DNA of 64,000 nt. Origin: Schizochytrium sp. TIO01. Taxonomy: Eukaryota > Protista > Bigyra: Labyrinthulomycetes. Where the stretch lies: NCBI GenBank assembly GCA_004764695.1, contig SMSO01000032.1:4868483-4932482 (forward strand), given 5' to 3'. Both the position numbers and the translations under genes were made by a program. Positions 22,281-33,224 of this stretch are shown here, piece after piece. Each line of letters begins with the position of its first letter. Within the stretch, counting starts at the first letter, position 1. The notes beneath the pieces were generated by a model. That model did no database searches. It was not told the DNA's origin and saw nothing but the letters and a program-made list of their open reading frames with translations.

Positions 22281-24839
22281 TTAGCTGACGAATTTATAGG
22301 AGGAGGGCACAGACATGGCCCAGGGAAACTTCTCACGAAGCTTTCCGGGAAAGGTTTTCTCGATTGGGACTTCGTTGCGTTTACACCACGCGACAGTGAT
22401 ACGAGGGTCCATATAGTTAATCTTGGATGTTCCGAGAGCAACGGACTTGTTGTCTTCTTTATCCTGGAACCTGACCTCAGCGGCCTTAATTTTGCCCTCC
22501 CAGTTTGAGAGACGGCGCTTGACCTCATCAAGCTTGGGGGCGCGAGTGAAGAGGTGAGATACCTTGCGTTTATCTTCGGCTGTTGCATCAGCCTTGAGTT
22601 CAGGCTTCAGCCGTTTGACTTCCTTATTTTTCTTCACGCGCTTGTACATATCACTAAGCTCTTCACATTGCTGCTTGAGCAAGTCAAGAGCCACGGCGGA
22701 CTTTTCGATTGAGACTTCTTGAGCTTTAGAGACAGTGCGCTGGTGATTACACAATATTGCGACGGAACGGTTAGCCTCATTGTAAAGCAGGACTCTTTCT
22801 GGCACGGTGAGGTAAGGCTCGGTGGTGAAGGGGAGCTGCTCTTCGAGAGTGACAGATGCATTCATGGTACGAAACACCTTGGCAGATAAGCCCTTCATGT
22901 GAGTCTTGAGGTAATCATTGAGTTCGCTGACGGTGAGGAGGTCAAAAACCTGCTCATCCTTCTTCTTCTTTTCGATAAATTGTGCAAAATTATTAAGGAC
23001 AAGCTTGCCAACACCGCAATATCTCTCGTCATCCATGGAGTATGTCTGGAAGTGACGCATGGAGTCCTTACCGAGGAAATCGAGTGTAAGGGTGTTAGCA
23101 TTTTTGTCTACGGAAATGTGTTCTACACGAAGCGAGCAGCAACCGACCGTGTCTGCCTCATCTTCATCCTTTTCTCCACCGACACGCAAGGCAAGACGAT
23201 CAATCACCCAGACGGCTGTGCCTAGCTGGCGGTCTTTCATGTCGGCCTTGGATTTGAGTTTGAGCTTCTTTTCATAATCCTTGCGGATCTTGCCGATTCT
23301 TCGCTTTAACTCTCGTGCCTTTTCGTATTTTCTGCGATCCGAATCTCCCTTGAAACCGGAGCTTGCTGCCATTTGCATGTATTTGGCATTGTTCGCAATG
23401 TTTTCTTTCCACACGGCGAGCCAGGTAACGTCGGGCTTGTGCACCACAGCTTGCCAGTGCATACCCGGTTCAGGGCACGGGGGCACGGGGTCGTCCTTGC
23501 CAAGGTTGAGTTGCACATTGCATGGCATCACGCGCTCTTTGAGTTTTCCCGTTCTAGGGTGAATACCGCGTCCTCGAAACAGCTGTGGGGGCTCGATCAT
23601 GGTATTGCCGACCTTTTGCAGGTAACCATCAACAATTGCGAATGAGTTCTTGCATTTCTTCTCGTCTTCGATCTTTTTGAGTCGCAACTTCTCATCTTTG
23701 CTCTGTGCCTTCACAGAATTTCTCTTGGCCTCCCTTCGCTGCTCGACGTGTTCTCTCAAGAGGGTGAAGTCGCACTTCTCAAACTTCTTCACGACGTGCG
23801 ATCTACCTAGCACGGCGCGGAAGTCCTCGAAGAAGTTCTTGGTAAATATTTTTGCCACCTTGGCATTGCCGAGCTGAGGGCCGTCTAAAGGCACTTCAGC
23901 AAAAAAAGTTGCCACTTCTTCTTGCTCCGGCGTAAGCTGCACCTCCTTCCCATCGTACACGAGGGGAACGTTATGCGGTTCGTAAGGGTCTGGGAAGGTA
24001 ATACCATTATGTTCCATCCGGGTCCAGTGGAAGTTGCCTTCCTTCTCATGCTCCCACCACCGATAAGCCTGCATCGCGTACTCGAGCAGCTTGAGCCTGC
24101 CCATCTCCAGCAGGTTAGACGTCTTGTGCACATCAGCTCCGTTTCTCTTTGAAGCCAAAGCCCGGGCTGCCGCCTTGGCGTCCTTCTTTTTAGGGACCGT
24201 AAGTCGTGCCTTCTTGGCAGCAGGCGCCTTCTTAGCGCTGGTGGATTTGGTGCGGGTTGTGGATCTGCTACGTGTCGAGCTTTGTCTAGCTCTCTTCTTG
24301 GGCTGCTCCTCCTCGAACTCTTCATCATCGTCATTGTTGTCCACATCCTCCTCGTCGTCGTCGTCGTCATCAATTTCATCGCGCTTGCGTTTCTTGCTCT
24401 TCTTGTGCTTCTTCTTGTGCTTCTTCTTATGCTTTTTGTGCTTTTTATGCTTCTTCCCGTCAGCTTCCATGTCTTCGTCATCGTCTTCGGCATCATCGTT
24501 GTCATCGTCGTCGTCATCGTTGTCATCATCATTATCCTTGCTCCTCTTATGCTTCTTGCTCTTCTTGTGCTTCTTGTGCTTTTTATGCTTTTTGTGCTTC
24601 TTGCTCTTCTTCTTGGAGTCCTCGAAGTCGTCGTCGTCCTCGTTAGCCTCCGCAGCGTCGCCTTCGTCCACATCCATGTCCTCTCCGCGGTCCTTCCCGG
24701 CCTCCTGCTTTACCTCCTTCTTCACCGCAGTGTCTCCAGATGCGCTGGCGGCCGCTCCTGCCTCCGTCTTCACTTCCGCCTCATGTTGTTTCTCCGCAAC
24801 GCCATCCGCATCGCTGGAGGCGCCAGTGGCGGCGGCCAT
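22281..24839 (-). CDS. TOP1: DNA topoisomerase I (type IB)
   Basis: EPPQLFRGRG, KYEKAR, LALRVGGEK, DTVGCCSLR, FLGKDS, AKVFRT, ILCNHQR and catalytic GTSKINYMDPR. First ATG at 24839. Confidence 0.97.
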   Translation of the reverse strand: MAAATGASSDADGVAEKQHEAEVKTEAGAAASASGDTAVKKEVKQEAGKDRGEDMDVDEGDAAEANEDDDDFEDSKKKSKKHKKHKKHKKHKKSKKHKRSKDNDDDNDDDDDDNDDAEDDDEDMEADGKKHKKHKKHKKKHKKKHKKSKKRKRDEIDDDDDDEEDVDNNDDDEEFEEEQPKKRARQSSTRSRSTTRTKSTSAKKAPAAKKARLTVPKKKDAKAAARALASKRNGADVHKTSNLLEMGRLKLLEYAMQAYRWWEHEKEGNFHWTRMEHNGITFPDPYEPHNVPLVYDGKEVQLTPEQEEVATFFAEVPLDGPQLGNAKVAKIFTKNFFEDFRAVLGRSHVVKKFEKCDFTLLREHVEQRREAKRNSVKAQSKDEKLRLKKIEDEKKCKNSFAIVDGYLQKVGNTMIEPPQLFRGRGIHPRTGKLKERVMPCNVQLNLGKDDPVPPCPEPGMHWQAVVHKPDVTWLAVWKENIANNAKYMQMAASSGFKGDSDRRKYEKARELKRRIGKIRKDYEKKLKLKSKADMKDRQLGTAVWVIDRLALRVGGEKDEDEADTVGCCSLRVEHISVDKNANTLTLDFLGKDSMRHFQTYSMDDERYCGVGKLVLNNFAQFIEKKKKDEQVFDLLTVSELNDYLKTHMKGLSAKVFRTMNASVTLEEQLPFTTEPYLTVPERVLLYNEANRSVAILCNHQRTVSKAQEVSIEKSAVALDLLKQQCEELSDMYKRVKKNKEVKRLKPELKADATAEDKRKVSHLFTRAPKLDEVKRRLSNWEGKIKAAEVRFQDKEDNKSVALGTSKINYMDPRITVAWCKRNEVPIEKTFPGKLREKFPWAMSVPSSYKFVS

Positions 24840-25033
24840 CTCGCTGCCTCGCAAACGAGCTCGTTCCTTCGCTGCCTGCCTCTGCCTGCCTTACCGGCTG
24901 GCTTCGGAGCGGGCCTCGCGGACCCGAGCGCTGCTACCGAGGATCAAGGCCCTCGAAGCCGCTTTGCTGTCCTCCCCAAAGAGGACCCCGCGCAAATCAA
25001 GGCGCCGAGATAATCGTCGATCGACTGATTGAT

Positions 25034-25340
25034 CATTCATTCATTCATTCATTCATTCATTTATCTCATTTATTCTCCCTATTCTTTGCTATTCATTACT
25101 TACTATTCTTCATTCATTCATTCATTTATCTCATTTATTCTCCACTATTCTTTGCTATTCTTTGCTATTCATTACTTACTATTCTTCATTCATTCATTCA
25201 TTTATCTCATTTATTCTCCACTATTCTTTGCTATTCTTTCATTCATTCATTCATTCATTCATTCATTCATTCATTCATTCATCATTCATTCATTCATCAT
25301 TCATTCATCATTCATTCATTCATTCATTCATTCATTCATT
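25034..25340. repeat. Compound (CATT)n microsatellite with embedded duplicated modules, upstream of TOP1
   Basis: CATT runs alternate with repeated blocks TTTATCTCATTTATTCTCC and TATTCTTTGCTATTC. Confidence 0.9.
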
Positions 25341-26056
25341 CGCTCATCTTCTCTGGAGCCTAAGTTTTCTTCGTTTTATAGACCTCACACAGAGCCATTT
25401 CTTCATTCACGCTCGAGCAAACCCAAACTTCAACTTGCTCAGTCATGAAAGTAAAACTGTAGATTTGCTACGTAGTCTGTACTACCAATTGCTTGATGAT
25501 ATGGGGCGGTTTTATGGACCATTTAGGCCTCAGATACGGACTCGCTAGCTCGTTTCCGCTTCCTCGCAGCGCCGCGCACTCAATGAGTTATAGCTCTTTA
25601 GCTCCACTTGCGCCCGCTAAACTCCACTTGCGCCCTCCCCAATAGTCCACTTGCGGCAAAGGGCGCTTTTCCAACTCTACAGCGGACTTCGAGAGGGACT
25701 TTGGGGCGTTGGGTGGTTAGTTAGCTAGCCGCCCTCCTAGGCATTTGCCTAGTACTTGGCCCGCCAGTTAACCTCCTTTCTCCCTCACTCACTTGCGGTC
25801 GATTGGGCCTTTTGGCCAAAACCTTTGCGCTGCTTCGGTCCCGCCTCGTCGTTGAGGCTTCGCGCGGAGCTTTGTTGGGACGTCTCTAATAACATCGCCA
25901 CTCAGATAGAAACGTACATAGTACATAGATGGATCATCGCGAGCGAGGACTCCCTAGGTGCCAGGATTTCATCCGCCTGACTAAAAACTAACGAAGTAAC
26001 GAATTGAGTATATACGTACTACTGAGGCATATATGAGTAACGTCTGAATATAAAGA

Positions 26057-26154
26057 TGAATGAATGAATGCATGAATGAATGAATGCATGAATGAATGAA
26101 TGCATGAATGAATGAATGAATGAATGAATGAATGAATGAATGAATGAATGAATG
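26057..26154. repeat. (GAAT)n microsatellite with GCAT interruptions
   Basis: Directly visible. Confidence 0.95.
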
Positions 26155-27247
26155 ACGAGCATGACGCTTGAGTCTTTCTTGAAAGAGATGAATAGATAAT
26201 ACTTACTTGCGTGGCATGAGGTTAAAGGTTGGAGCCTGCTGCGTATTGGGTGAGGGATAAGAAACTGGTGATTTCCGGCAGGTTTTATTGAATCACCATG
26301 GTCTATCTGTGCAAAGTTGGTCGGTTCAGTCGGTTGATTGATAACGGCATAGTAGTATTAGCCAGTTAGATATTTTCTTTTATGTTTTTTAATTTATAGG
26401 TTTTTTTAGTTTTTTTTAAATAATTAAAAAATTAAAACCATGCATGATAATTGATGTGGTAGATTTATTAAATATATGAATATGTTACGGTTTGATATTT
26501 TAGTGATGACGGTTAGCACAGAACGCTCGATCTTAATTAAGGGTGCTTGACAATAGATTGTACGTATTGCCAAGACAATGGAGACTCAGCAAAGAGCATA
26601 GCAAATCAGAGTTGTGGTTGAGCAAGCGATGAACTCTTAATATTGACGTGTCGATAAGAAGATGAGAACATCTTCGCATGGATCGCTAAAAATAGAGCGA
26701 AAAATTGCATCTCTAAATTGACTTGGGACACGAGATACGCCTTTATAAAGGCATGATCGATTGAACGAACTTATCTAGACCTTCACGTCCTTTTCCTGAG
26801 TTATAAAGTGCAGATGGGAAAGCGAGAAAAGGTTTAGAAAGGCACCTTTGAACTTATCACATCTTAAGTTTGAAGAAAGTATGCATGTTTGTAGCAGCAT
26901 TGTGGCAGGGGGAGATCAACCAGGGCAATTTTGGCTGTGATCAAATTAAGGAAGATATAATTATGACATGCAAAGTTTACAGCAGTGTTTGGATAAGCTG
27001 TGCAACACTGCTAGGAAGTAACTTGTTTTTATTTCAGGAAATAATAGTAATCTTGGCGAGACTTTACATGGGTTGTTTCGCTGTGGTTAAGATGTTGAAA
27101 CTTTCTGAATACTTATTTTATGAAGGCTCGTGACAGATGGTTTAACAATAGCAAAAGGATCTTTAGGTCAACTGTGTATTCTAAAGGTTAAGTTTAAGCT
27201 GCATTTGTCTGTTTCTACTCCTAAAAGTAGTGGATAAAATGAATATA

Positions 27248-28237
27248 TTACATCTGCCCAGAAGCAGTAACATCAGGCAGAATAAAGTGAGATGTAAAAT
27301 CTACCTGAGTAGGGGACATACGGAGATTGAGTTGCCATGTCTTTACACCAGCATCGCGAGCTCTAGTGGCAGCCTGCATAATCTCAGCAATCTGGGCACG
27401 CCGCTTCGCTGGAAGATCATCAGTCAATCCAGGTGGATTAAACATCGGCGCATCGTATAAGAAAAGTATGACCACAGAGGCTTTGGCAGTTGAGTCGCTT
27501 TCTAAGAGGAGGCTCAAGTCATTGAAATGGCGTATGAGTCGGTCTGTTACAGTCATGGCGCGTTGCTTCCGCAGAGGATCGAAATTTGGGTGATCAAGTG
27601 TAGGCATAAGACCGAGTGGTGTTTTCACCTCACAAAAATGGTTTTCTCCAATGAGAAAATCAATCTTAGACTTGCCAAGAAATCGCTCTCGCTGTACTTT
27701 GGCTTCGTCGTCTGCCAGAACAGCTTTTGCTACCTCATTAGGGTTCGGTTCCGCGGCCTCTTGCTTAGTTTTTGACTTGGGAAGAGTGCCATTTTCAATT
27801 TCATCAGAGGGATTGACTTTCTGCCTCTTGGCACGGCGTTTCGCCGGGGGTTTGGATACCTTCTCGTCGCTCGTGCCTAAACCGAGAAGGCCGCCCTGCT
27901 GAAGAAAGTGTTCCACGTAGCGGTTCGCTCGGTTCTGGTTGATACCAATCCACGTTGTATCACAAGCTTTGGAGTCCTTCAGCTTCGCAGCCATAGGATC
28001 AAGAGAAATAGCCTCAACAGTGAAATCGGTCTTTGCTTTGGCGCTTTCATTTTTACTCAAGAGGCAGGCGATTCCACCACGGTTAAAGTCCAAGCTAGAG
28101 ATATCCCCAGTCACCGGGCAATGGCATCTGTACAGTTTTCCGCCGTGTCGCACCATCATCACGAACCTGTTGGGCCTCGACTCAATCACGCCGCGAACAA
28201 GAGGTTCCGCAAACACGAATGGCCTCATGGCAGTCAT
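27248..28237 (-). CDS. SfsA family (sugar fermentation stimulation protein A-like; OB fold + PD-(D/E)XK nuclease)
   Basis: Colinear SfsA motifs: RPNRF, HCPVTG, K-TDFTVEAI, GINQNRANRYVE, ERFLGKSKIDF, EVKTP, RLIRHFNDL, ARDAGV. Intronless. First ATG at 28237. Confidence 0.85.
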   Translation of the reverse strand: MTAMRPFVFAEPLVRGVIESRPNRFVMMVRHGGKLYRCHCPVTGDISSLDFNRGGIACLLSKNESAKAKTDFTVEAISLDPMAAKLKDSKACDTTWIGINQNRANRYVEHFLQQGGLLGLGTSDEKVSKPPAKRRAKRQKVNPSDEIENGTLPKSKTKQEAAEPNPNEVAKAVLADDEAKVQRERFLGKSKIDFLIGENHFCEVKTPLGLMPTLDHPNFDPLRKQRAMTVTDRLIRHFNDLSLLLESDSTAKASVVILFLYDAPMFNPPGLTDDLPAKRRAQIAEIMQAATRARDAGVKTWQLNLRMSPTQVDFTSHFILPDVTASGQM

Positions 28238-29129
28238 GATTCTAATCGTCACTGGTCTCTAGGGCTTTGCCTTGCCTCGCAATCGGGGTTTGGCGCATAT
28301 GCGCATCCCACGAACAATTTACATTTGGTCGAACCAGGAAACGAAGAAAGAAAAGAATTTACATTGTTCTCCTAAGAACAACGAAGGGAACCCAGAACAC
28401 AGGCGGAACCTACCAGGTTTTCACCATTTCACTCATGGCAATGAACTCACGCAAACTGTAGGAAATTGTAGGTTAGTCACAGGGCGAGCACCTCTCTTGA
28501 ATTGTGAAGTTATACAACTACTTGGAATGGACTATACAAACTTTTCCCGCAAATTGAGGTGAGGTGAGTTCTCTTGATACGAAGTACCCACACGAGGGTT
28601 TTATATCTATATATAGGTCTTACTATAAAGTATTATTTTTATAATATATTATTTGCGTTGTATAGTCTATTTAATTATAAGTAAACTTCATTCGAAAATA
28701 GCGAATAACTCAGTTGCGGCAGCGCTCTTGGTGGCGGTGGTCGAGTCCTCGCGGAGACTTCAATTCCCTTTCTTCTTGGCGAACGCGAACACGTGTCGCA
28801 ACGCGGTGGGTGGCCCACGCACAAGCGTTGGAATAATCCCGTTGGCAAGCGTATAGTCCTGTAGCAGAACTCGACTCCCGCGTTGGCTGTTTTGGCACGA
28901 CAGAAAGGACGGATTTGTCGAGATCAGCACGAAACGTGCTCTTTCCTTGCAAAGCTTTATAAACAAGGAGGAACCAACGAAAGACGCTCGCAAGAGGCAC
29001 GAAGAGGAGTGAGAAAGGTTGTTGATTGAACTGTGTAAGTTGCGCTTATTGAGGTGCTTCTTCTACCTGGTACGTCATTGAATATTTTTGAGGGTGTGAA
29101 GACAACCAGGTCTGTGAATTGTGAGCGAG

Positions 29130-30401
29130 ATGTCTACACGCGCAGAAAAAGCTAAGGAGGCTCGAGAAAAGGGTAACAGCTGCTTGCAAAAGGGGGACTT
29201 TGATGGCGCTGTGGCGGCGTACACGCGCGGGATCGAAGCTTGTGGCGAAGATGTGAGTAGCTCCAATGATGAGGTTGAAGAGCAGCTCTCGCTGCTGCTG
29301 AGCAACCGATCTGCAGCACATTTGAAAAAGGGTAACAATGAAGACGCGCTTGCTGACGCTGATGCATGCCTGCGAAGAAAACCAACTTGGGGAAAGGCTC
29401 ATGGCCGCCGTGGAGCAGCCCTCTTTAATCTAGGCCGTATCAAGGATGCTTTAGCAGCATACGAGGTAGGAATAGAAACAGATACCTCGAATGCCACACT
29501 CCGCCAGGGAGCGGAACAGTGCCGCGAACTCCTGAAGTCTAAAGATTCAGCATCTGTAACTGAAGAACCTGTTTCTACAAAGGATGTAAAGGAGGCCGAG
29601 GATAGTGACAAGGCTGAGAGAGTCAATGCCGAGGGCGCAGCAGACGACGAAGACGAAGATGATCCTTTTGCAAGTTTTCTCAATGATATTGAGGCAGTAG
29701 AAAGTAGCATTGCGGAAGCAAAGACATCTTCAAAAGTAGGTCCAAATGGTATGGGAGAGTCTGAAAAGACAAAAAGTGTTGTGGACCATGCCAAAGAAAC
29801 TGAGGGCTGGACCGCAAGCAATCAGATCGACAGAATCTTATGCAAAAATTACGAATGGGTTAACACGAACCCCTTTGCTGTGCTGGGCATTCAGAACGAG
29901 GATGCTACCGCCCATGATGTAAAGAAGCGTTACCATAAACTTTCTACAATAGTTCACCCTGATAAGAATAGTGACAGTCGTGCAGAGGCTGCCTTTGACG
30001 AGGTGAAGCGTGCGTACGAGCGCCTCAAGGACGACGATAGCCGTGAGCGAGTTGCTGCCATCATTCGCCAGTGTAAAGAGTCAGTTAAATCGGAACGCGA
30101 ACAACTCTTAGACAAGGGCTATTCAGAGGCTGAAGTCAACGAAAAATTAGGCGCATTGGCTGATGCCATGGAGCGTAAAATAAAAACTGAATTTGCTACG
30201 CGTGAACTTGAGCGTCGCAAAAACGAGCATGCCATGAGAAAGTATCAGGAGCGTGAAATGGAGAAGGAGAAATCTGAGCAAGATTACTGGCAGTCTGTCA
30301 AGCAGGTTGAGGAAGGTATGCGCGAGACACGCGAAACTCGTGCCAAGGCTTGGCAGGGTTTTGCAGGCGCACGTAAAGGGCCAAAACGTCGTAAATTATG
30401 A
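29130..30401 (+). CDS. TPR-repeat + J-domain protein; C-terminal half DNAJC8/Spf31-like
   Basis: Three STI1-type TPRs (REKGNSCL...AVAAYTRGI, LLSNRSAAHL...ALADA, WGKAHGRRGAAL). FASFLNDIEAVE, QIDRIL...NPFAVLGI and HPDKN match the DNAJC8 pattern, followed by a coiled coil and a basic end KRRKL. ATG at 29130. Confidence 0.85.
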   Translation: MSTRAEKAKEAREKGNSCLQKGDFDGAVAAYTRGIEACGEDVSSSNDEVEEQLSLLLSNRSAAHLKKGNNEDALADADACLRRKPTWGKAHGRRGAALFNLGRIKDALAAYEVGIETDTSNATLRQGAEQCRELLKSKDSASVTEEPVSTKDVKEAEDSDKAERVNAEGAADDEDEDDPFASFLNDIEAVESSIAEAKTSSKVGPNGMGESEKTKSVVDHAKETEGWTASNQIDRILCKNYEWVNTNPFAVLGIQNEDATAHDVKKRYHKLSTIVHPDKNSDSRAEAAFDEVKRAYERLKDDDSRERVAAIIRQCKESVKSEREQLLDKGYSEAEVNEKLGALADAMERKIKTEFATRELERRKNEHAMRKYQEREMEKEKSEQDYWQSVKQVEEGMRETRETRAKAWQGFAGARKGPKRRKL

Positions 30402-31616
30402 TAACAATACTACTATTTTTTTGGTCCATCCCCAAAACGCGGCAATGAACATACCATGGTTTGGGTTCTTGACCATACCTTCGATATGATCCTAACCGAC
30501 CTACATATCTCATTTATAATCGCACCATCTTTGCGTAGGTACTATGAGAACAGAAAACACCCATCACCTCGGGGCGAACATTCTCCATAGTATGTACGCT
30601 ATTCTGTGCCTTACCAAGGTTGAGTTTCTGACGGTCGAGCCTAGACTTGTCCTTGTCCCAGTTCCTGACAAGTAGCGGCAAGACTTCTGCTTCTTGCCCA
30701 TCTCCCTCATTCACACCTCTACTATTTCCGTCTGCTTAAGTTCTACTAAATAAAATAATAAACTGATGTAATGGAAAAGCGTGTGTGGTTGTGCGCTAGC
30801 TCTGTATAGGGATTTCTACTCAGGTGTGAGACGAAGAGGTGATTGCGATATCATGGATGATGGTGCATACATCCACTTACTTATCTTCAAGTTGCACTTA
30901 TTCTTTACCGCGGGGCTCTTCGGAGGTCGCCCTAACACTGTGGTGGGGCGGAGGTGGTGGGCTCCTTGTCCACAGCAGGTTCGCTACTTTGCTCGGAGCG
31001 GCAGTTGTACCTAGGTCGTGCTGTTTTTGCGATGCGTGTGCTTGCGTACGTGAGCGAATGGGTGAATTACATTCTTTCTTTTCAGTTTCCCGCTTTTCCT
31101 ATAAACAAGATGGAAGAAAAAAAACATTCTAAATTGAAAAGCCTCAGGTGTCGCATAGGGAGTTGTAGGAGTAAAAGGTAGGTACGACGTATTCGCATAT
31201 TGGCACACAAAACTGATGCCTTTCCTTCCTTCCTGGTTGTTCCTGAGCAGTTTACCGCTTCTGCTTCTCTAGAGATTGCCTTCGCTTGCCAGTCTTTCTC
31301 CTGCTCAGGCGCTTCATTTTGCTCATCTCTTTTCGAGCTTGTCAGTTAGTTGAGCAGCTTGTTTGTTTGGCGGAGTTGTGCTGATGTCACGGTAGTGGGT
31401 ATGCATTTTCCTTTCTTCTTATTAAAAAAAGCTTCTATTGGCTTTTGTTTTTGTATTGTACTTATAGTTAGTAGGTACTTACTTACCTATTATCACTTAA
31501 AGAAGTTGAAAGTGGAGGAAAGAATGAAAGAAGCGGCGCAGCAAACCAAGAACGACGGCCTCTCGATCTCTGACCGGGCAAGCACCGAAGTTTGTTTCCT
31601 TTCGCAGCTCTGCAAA

Positions 31617-32827
31617 ATGGCAGCCAACCCGAACCTCGATGTAAGTTTATAGAATCTAGCTTCCCGCCCCTGAGGCCTCTCGGAGGCTCGCTCCTAGGTG
31701 TGCAGAGGTGCCACCGGTGATGATGGCGATCTAAGTGATGACGCTGGGGATTGACGACTACGATATATAAGGAAGAGCTCAATAATAGGTGTAGGGAACA
31801 GAAAAGGCCACGTGGACAACGGCCTTGGATGGGATGTTGGAGCAGGGATATCACAGGTCTTCATGGTTGCGAAATGATGAGCTAGTAGGGGGCAAGGTTA
31901 CGGGAAGACGTGGTTATTGTTCGGGTGAAACGAAAGTACAAGCATACTAACAAGAGGAATCAACTTCGCATCTTCGATATCATACACATGGTTGTTGAAT
32001 GAATCAATTCTCGTACTTTGGTCTCTGCTTGTTGATGATCATCATGGGAAACAAACATGTGCATGACTTACTCCAACTTTTGCTTCTTTACCGGTTATCA
32101 ACGTCGATGTCGATGTGGACTTTTTTGTCCAAATTTACAGGAATTTGACCAGACCCAGGTCGCTCTCATGGAAGAGCGTGTGATCGTGGTCGACACCGAT
32201 GACAAGGCAGTGCGCCCTGGCACCAAGCTCGAGACCCACCTCACGGAGAACATCAACAAGGGTCTCTTACACCGCGCCTTCAGTGTGTTCCTCTTCAACT
32301 CGGAGGGTAAGCTCTTGCTTCAGAAGCGCTCTGATGACAAGATTACCTTCCCTGCTTTCTGGGCCAACACCTGCTGCAGTCACCCTCTCTGGGTTGAGGG
32401 TGAGATGGAGCTTGAGAACGCCATGGGTGTGAAGCGCGCTGCCGTCCGCAAGCTTGAGCACGAGCTCGGCATTAAGCCGGAACAGGTGCCCATTGAGAAG
32501 TTCCACTACCTCACCCGTATTCACTATGTTGCCAACATGGACGGCACTCCTTGGGGTGAGCATGAGATCGACCACGTGCTTGTGATCCAGGCCGATGTTG
32601 ATGTCAACCCTGTCCCTAACGAAGTCGCCGAGGCTCGCTACTTCTCTGAGGAGGAGCTCAAGACCTTCCTTGAGGAGGCACCAACGAACGGCACCCTCGT
32701 CTCCCCGTGGTTTGGTGCCATCCAGAGCATGTTCCTCGGAAAGTGGTGGCAGGCTCTCCGTGACGGTAAGCTCAAGGAGTGTGAGGACCACGACACCATC
32801 CACCGTATCGCCCCTGCCCACGCTTAG
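31617..32827 (+). CDS. IDI1: Isopentenyl-diphosphate delta-isomerase type 1; exons 31617-31640 and 32141-32827
   Basis: LLHRAFSVFLFN, QKRSDDKITFP, NTCCSHP, WGEHEIDH, SPWF. Exon 1 (MAANPNLD) ends at a GTAAGT donor at 31641. The acceptor TTTACAG ends at 32140 and joins in phase 0 to EFDQTQVALMEE, giving a 500-nt intron and 236 aa. Confidence 0.93.
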
Positions 32828-33224
32828 ATTTGTTGTTTGTGAAGACTATAAAGAAGATAAAATAAAGAAGTGGTCTCGTCCCTCTATTGTCTTTTTGGTG
32901 TTGTTTATTTATTATTTACATGTCCTGCTTTTCCGATGTGATTAACATCTGCACTTGTCCACAACTAACTTGCAGATTGATCTATTGACAACGCTGTTTG
33001 ATCTCTTTGATAAGAATACACTGGGCGGGAAGCGAAGGTGAAACTAAAGCTAAGATAATACTTCCATCTCCAGTCTCAAATGACTTGAACATTTATTAAG
33101 AAATGATTTTTCAAATAAATGGTTAATTGGGTAATGGTTGAGGTGACAGTCACGGGTAGTTCAACGAACAAAATTACTTACATTGAATGTTCAACTTTAT
33201 AGTTCTTAAGAAGAACTTCCGCAG

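Noticed and set aside
24091-25548. Long plus-strand ORFs opposite the TOP1 N-terminus and across the CATT repeats
   Set aside because: Artefacts of low-complexity and microsatellite sequence lacking stop codons.
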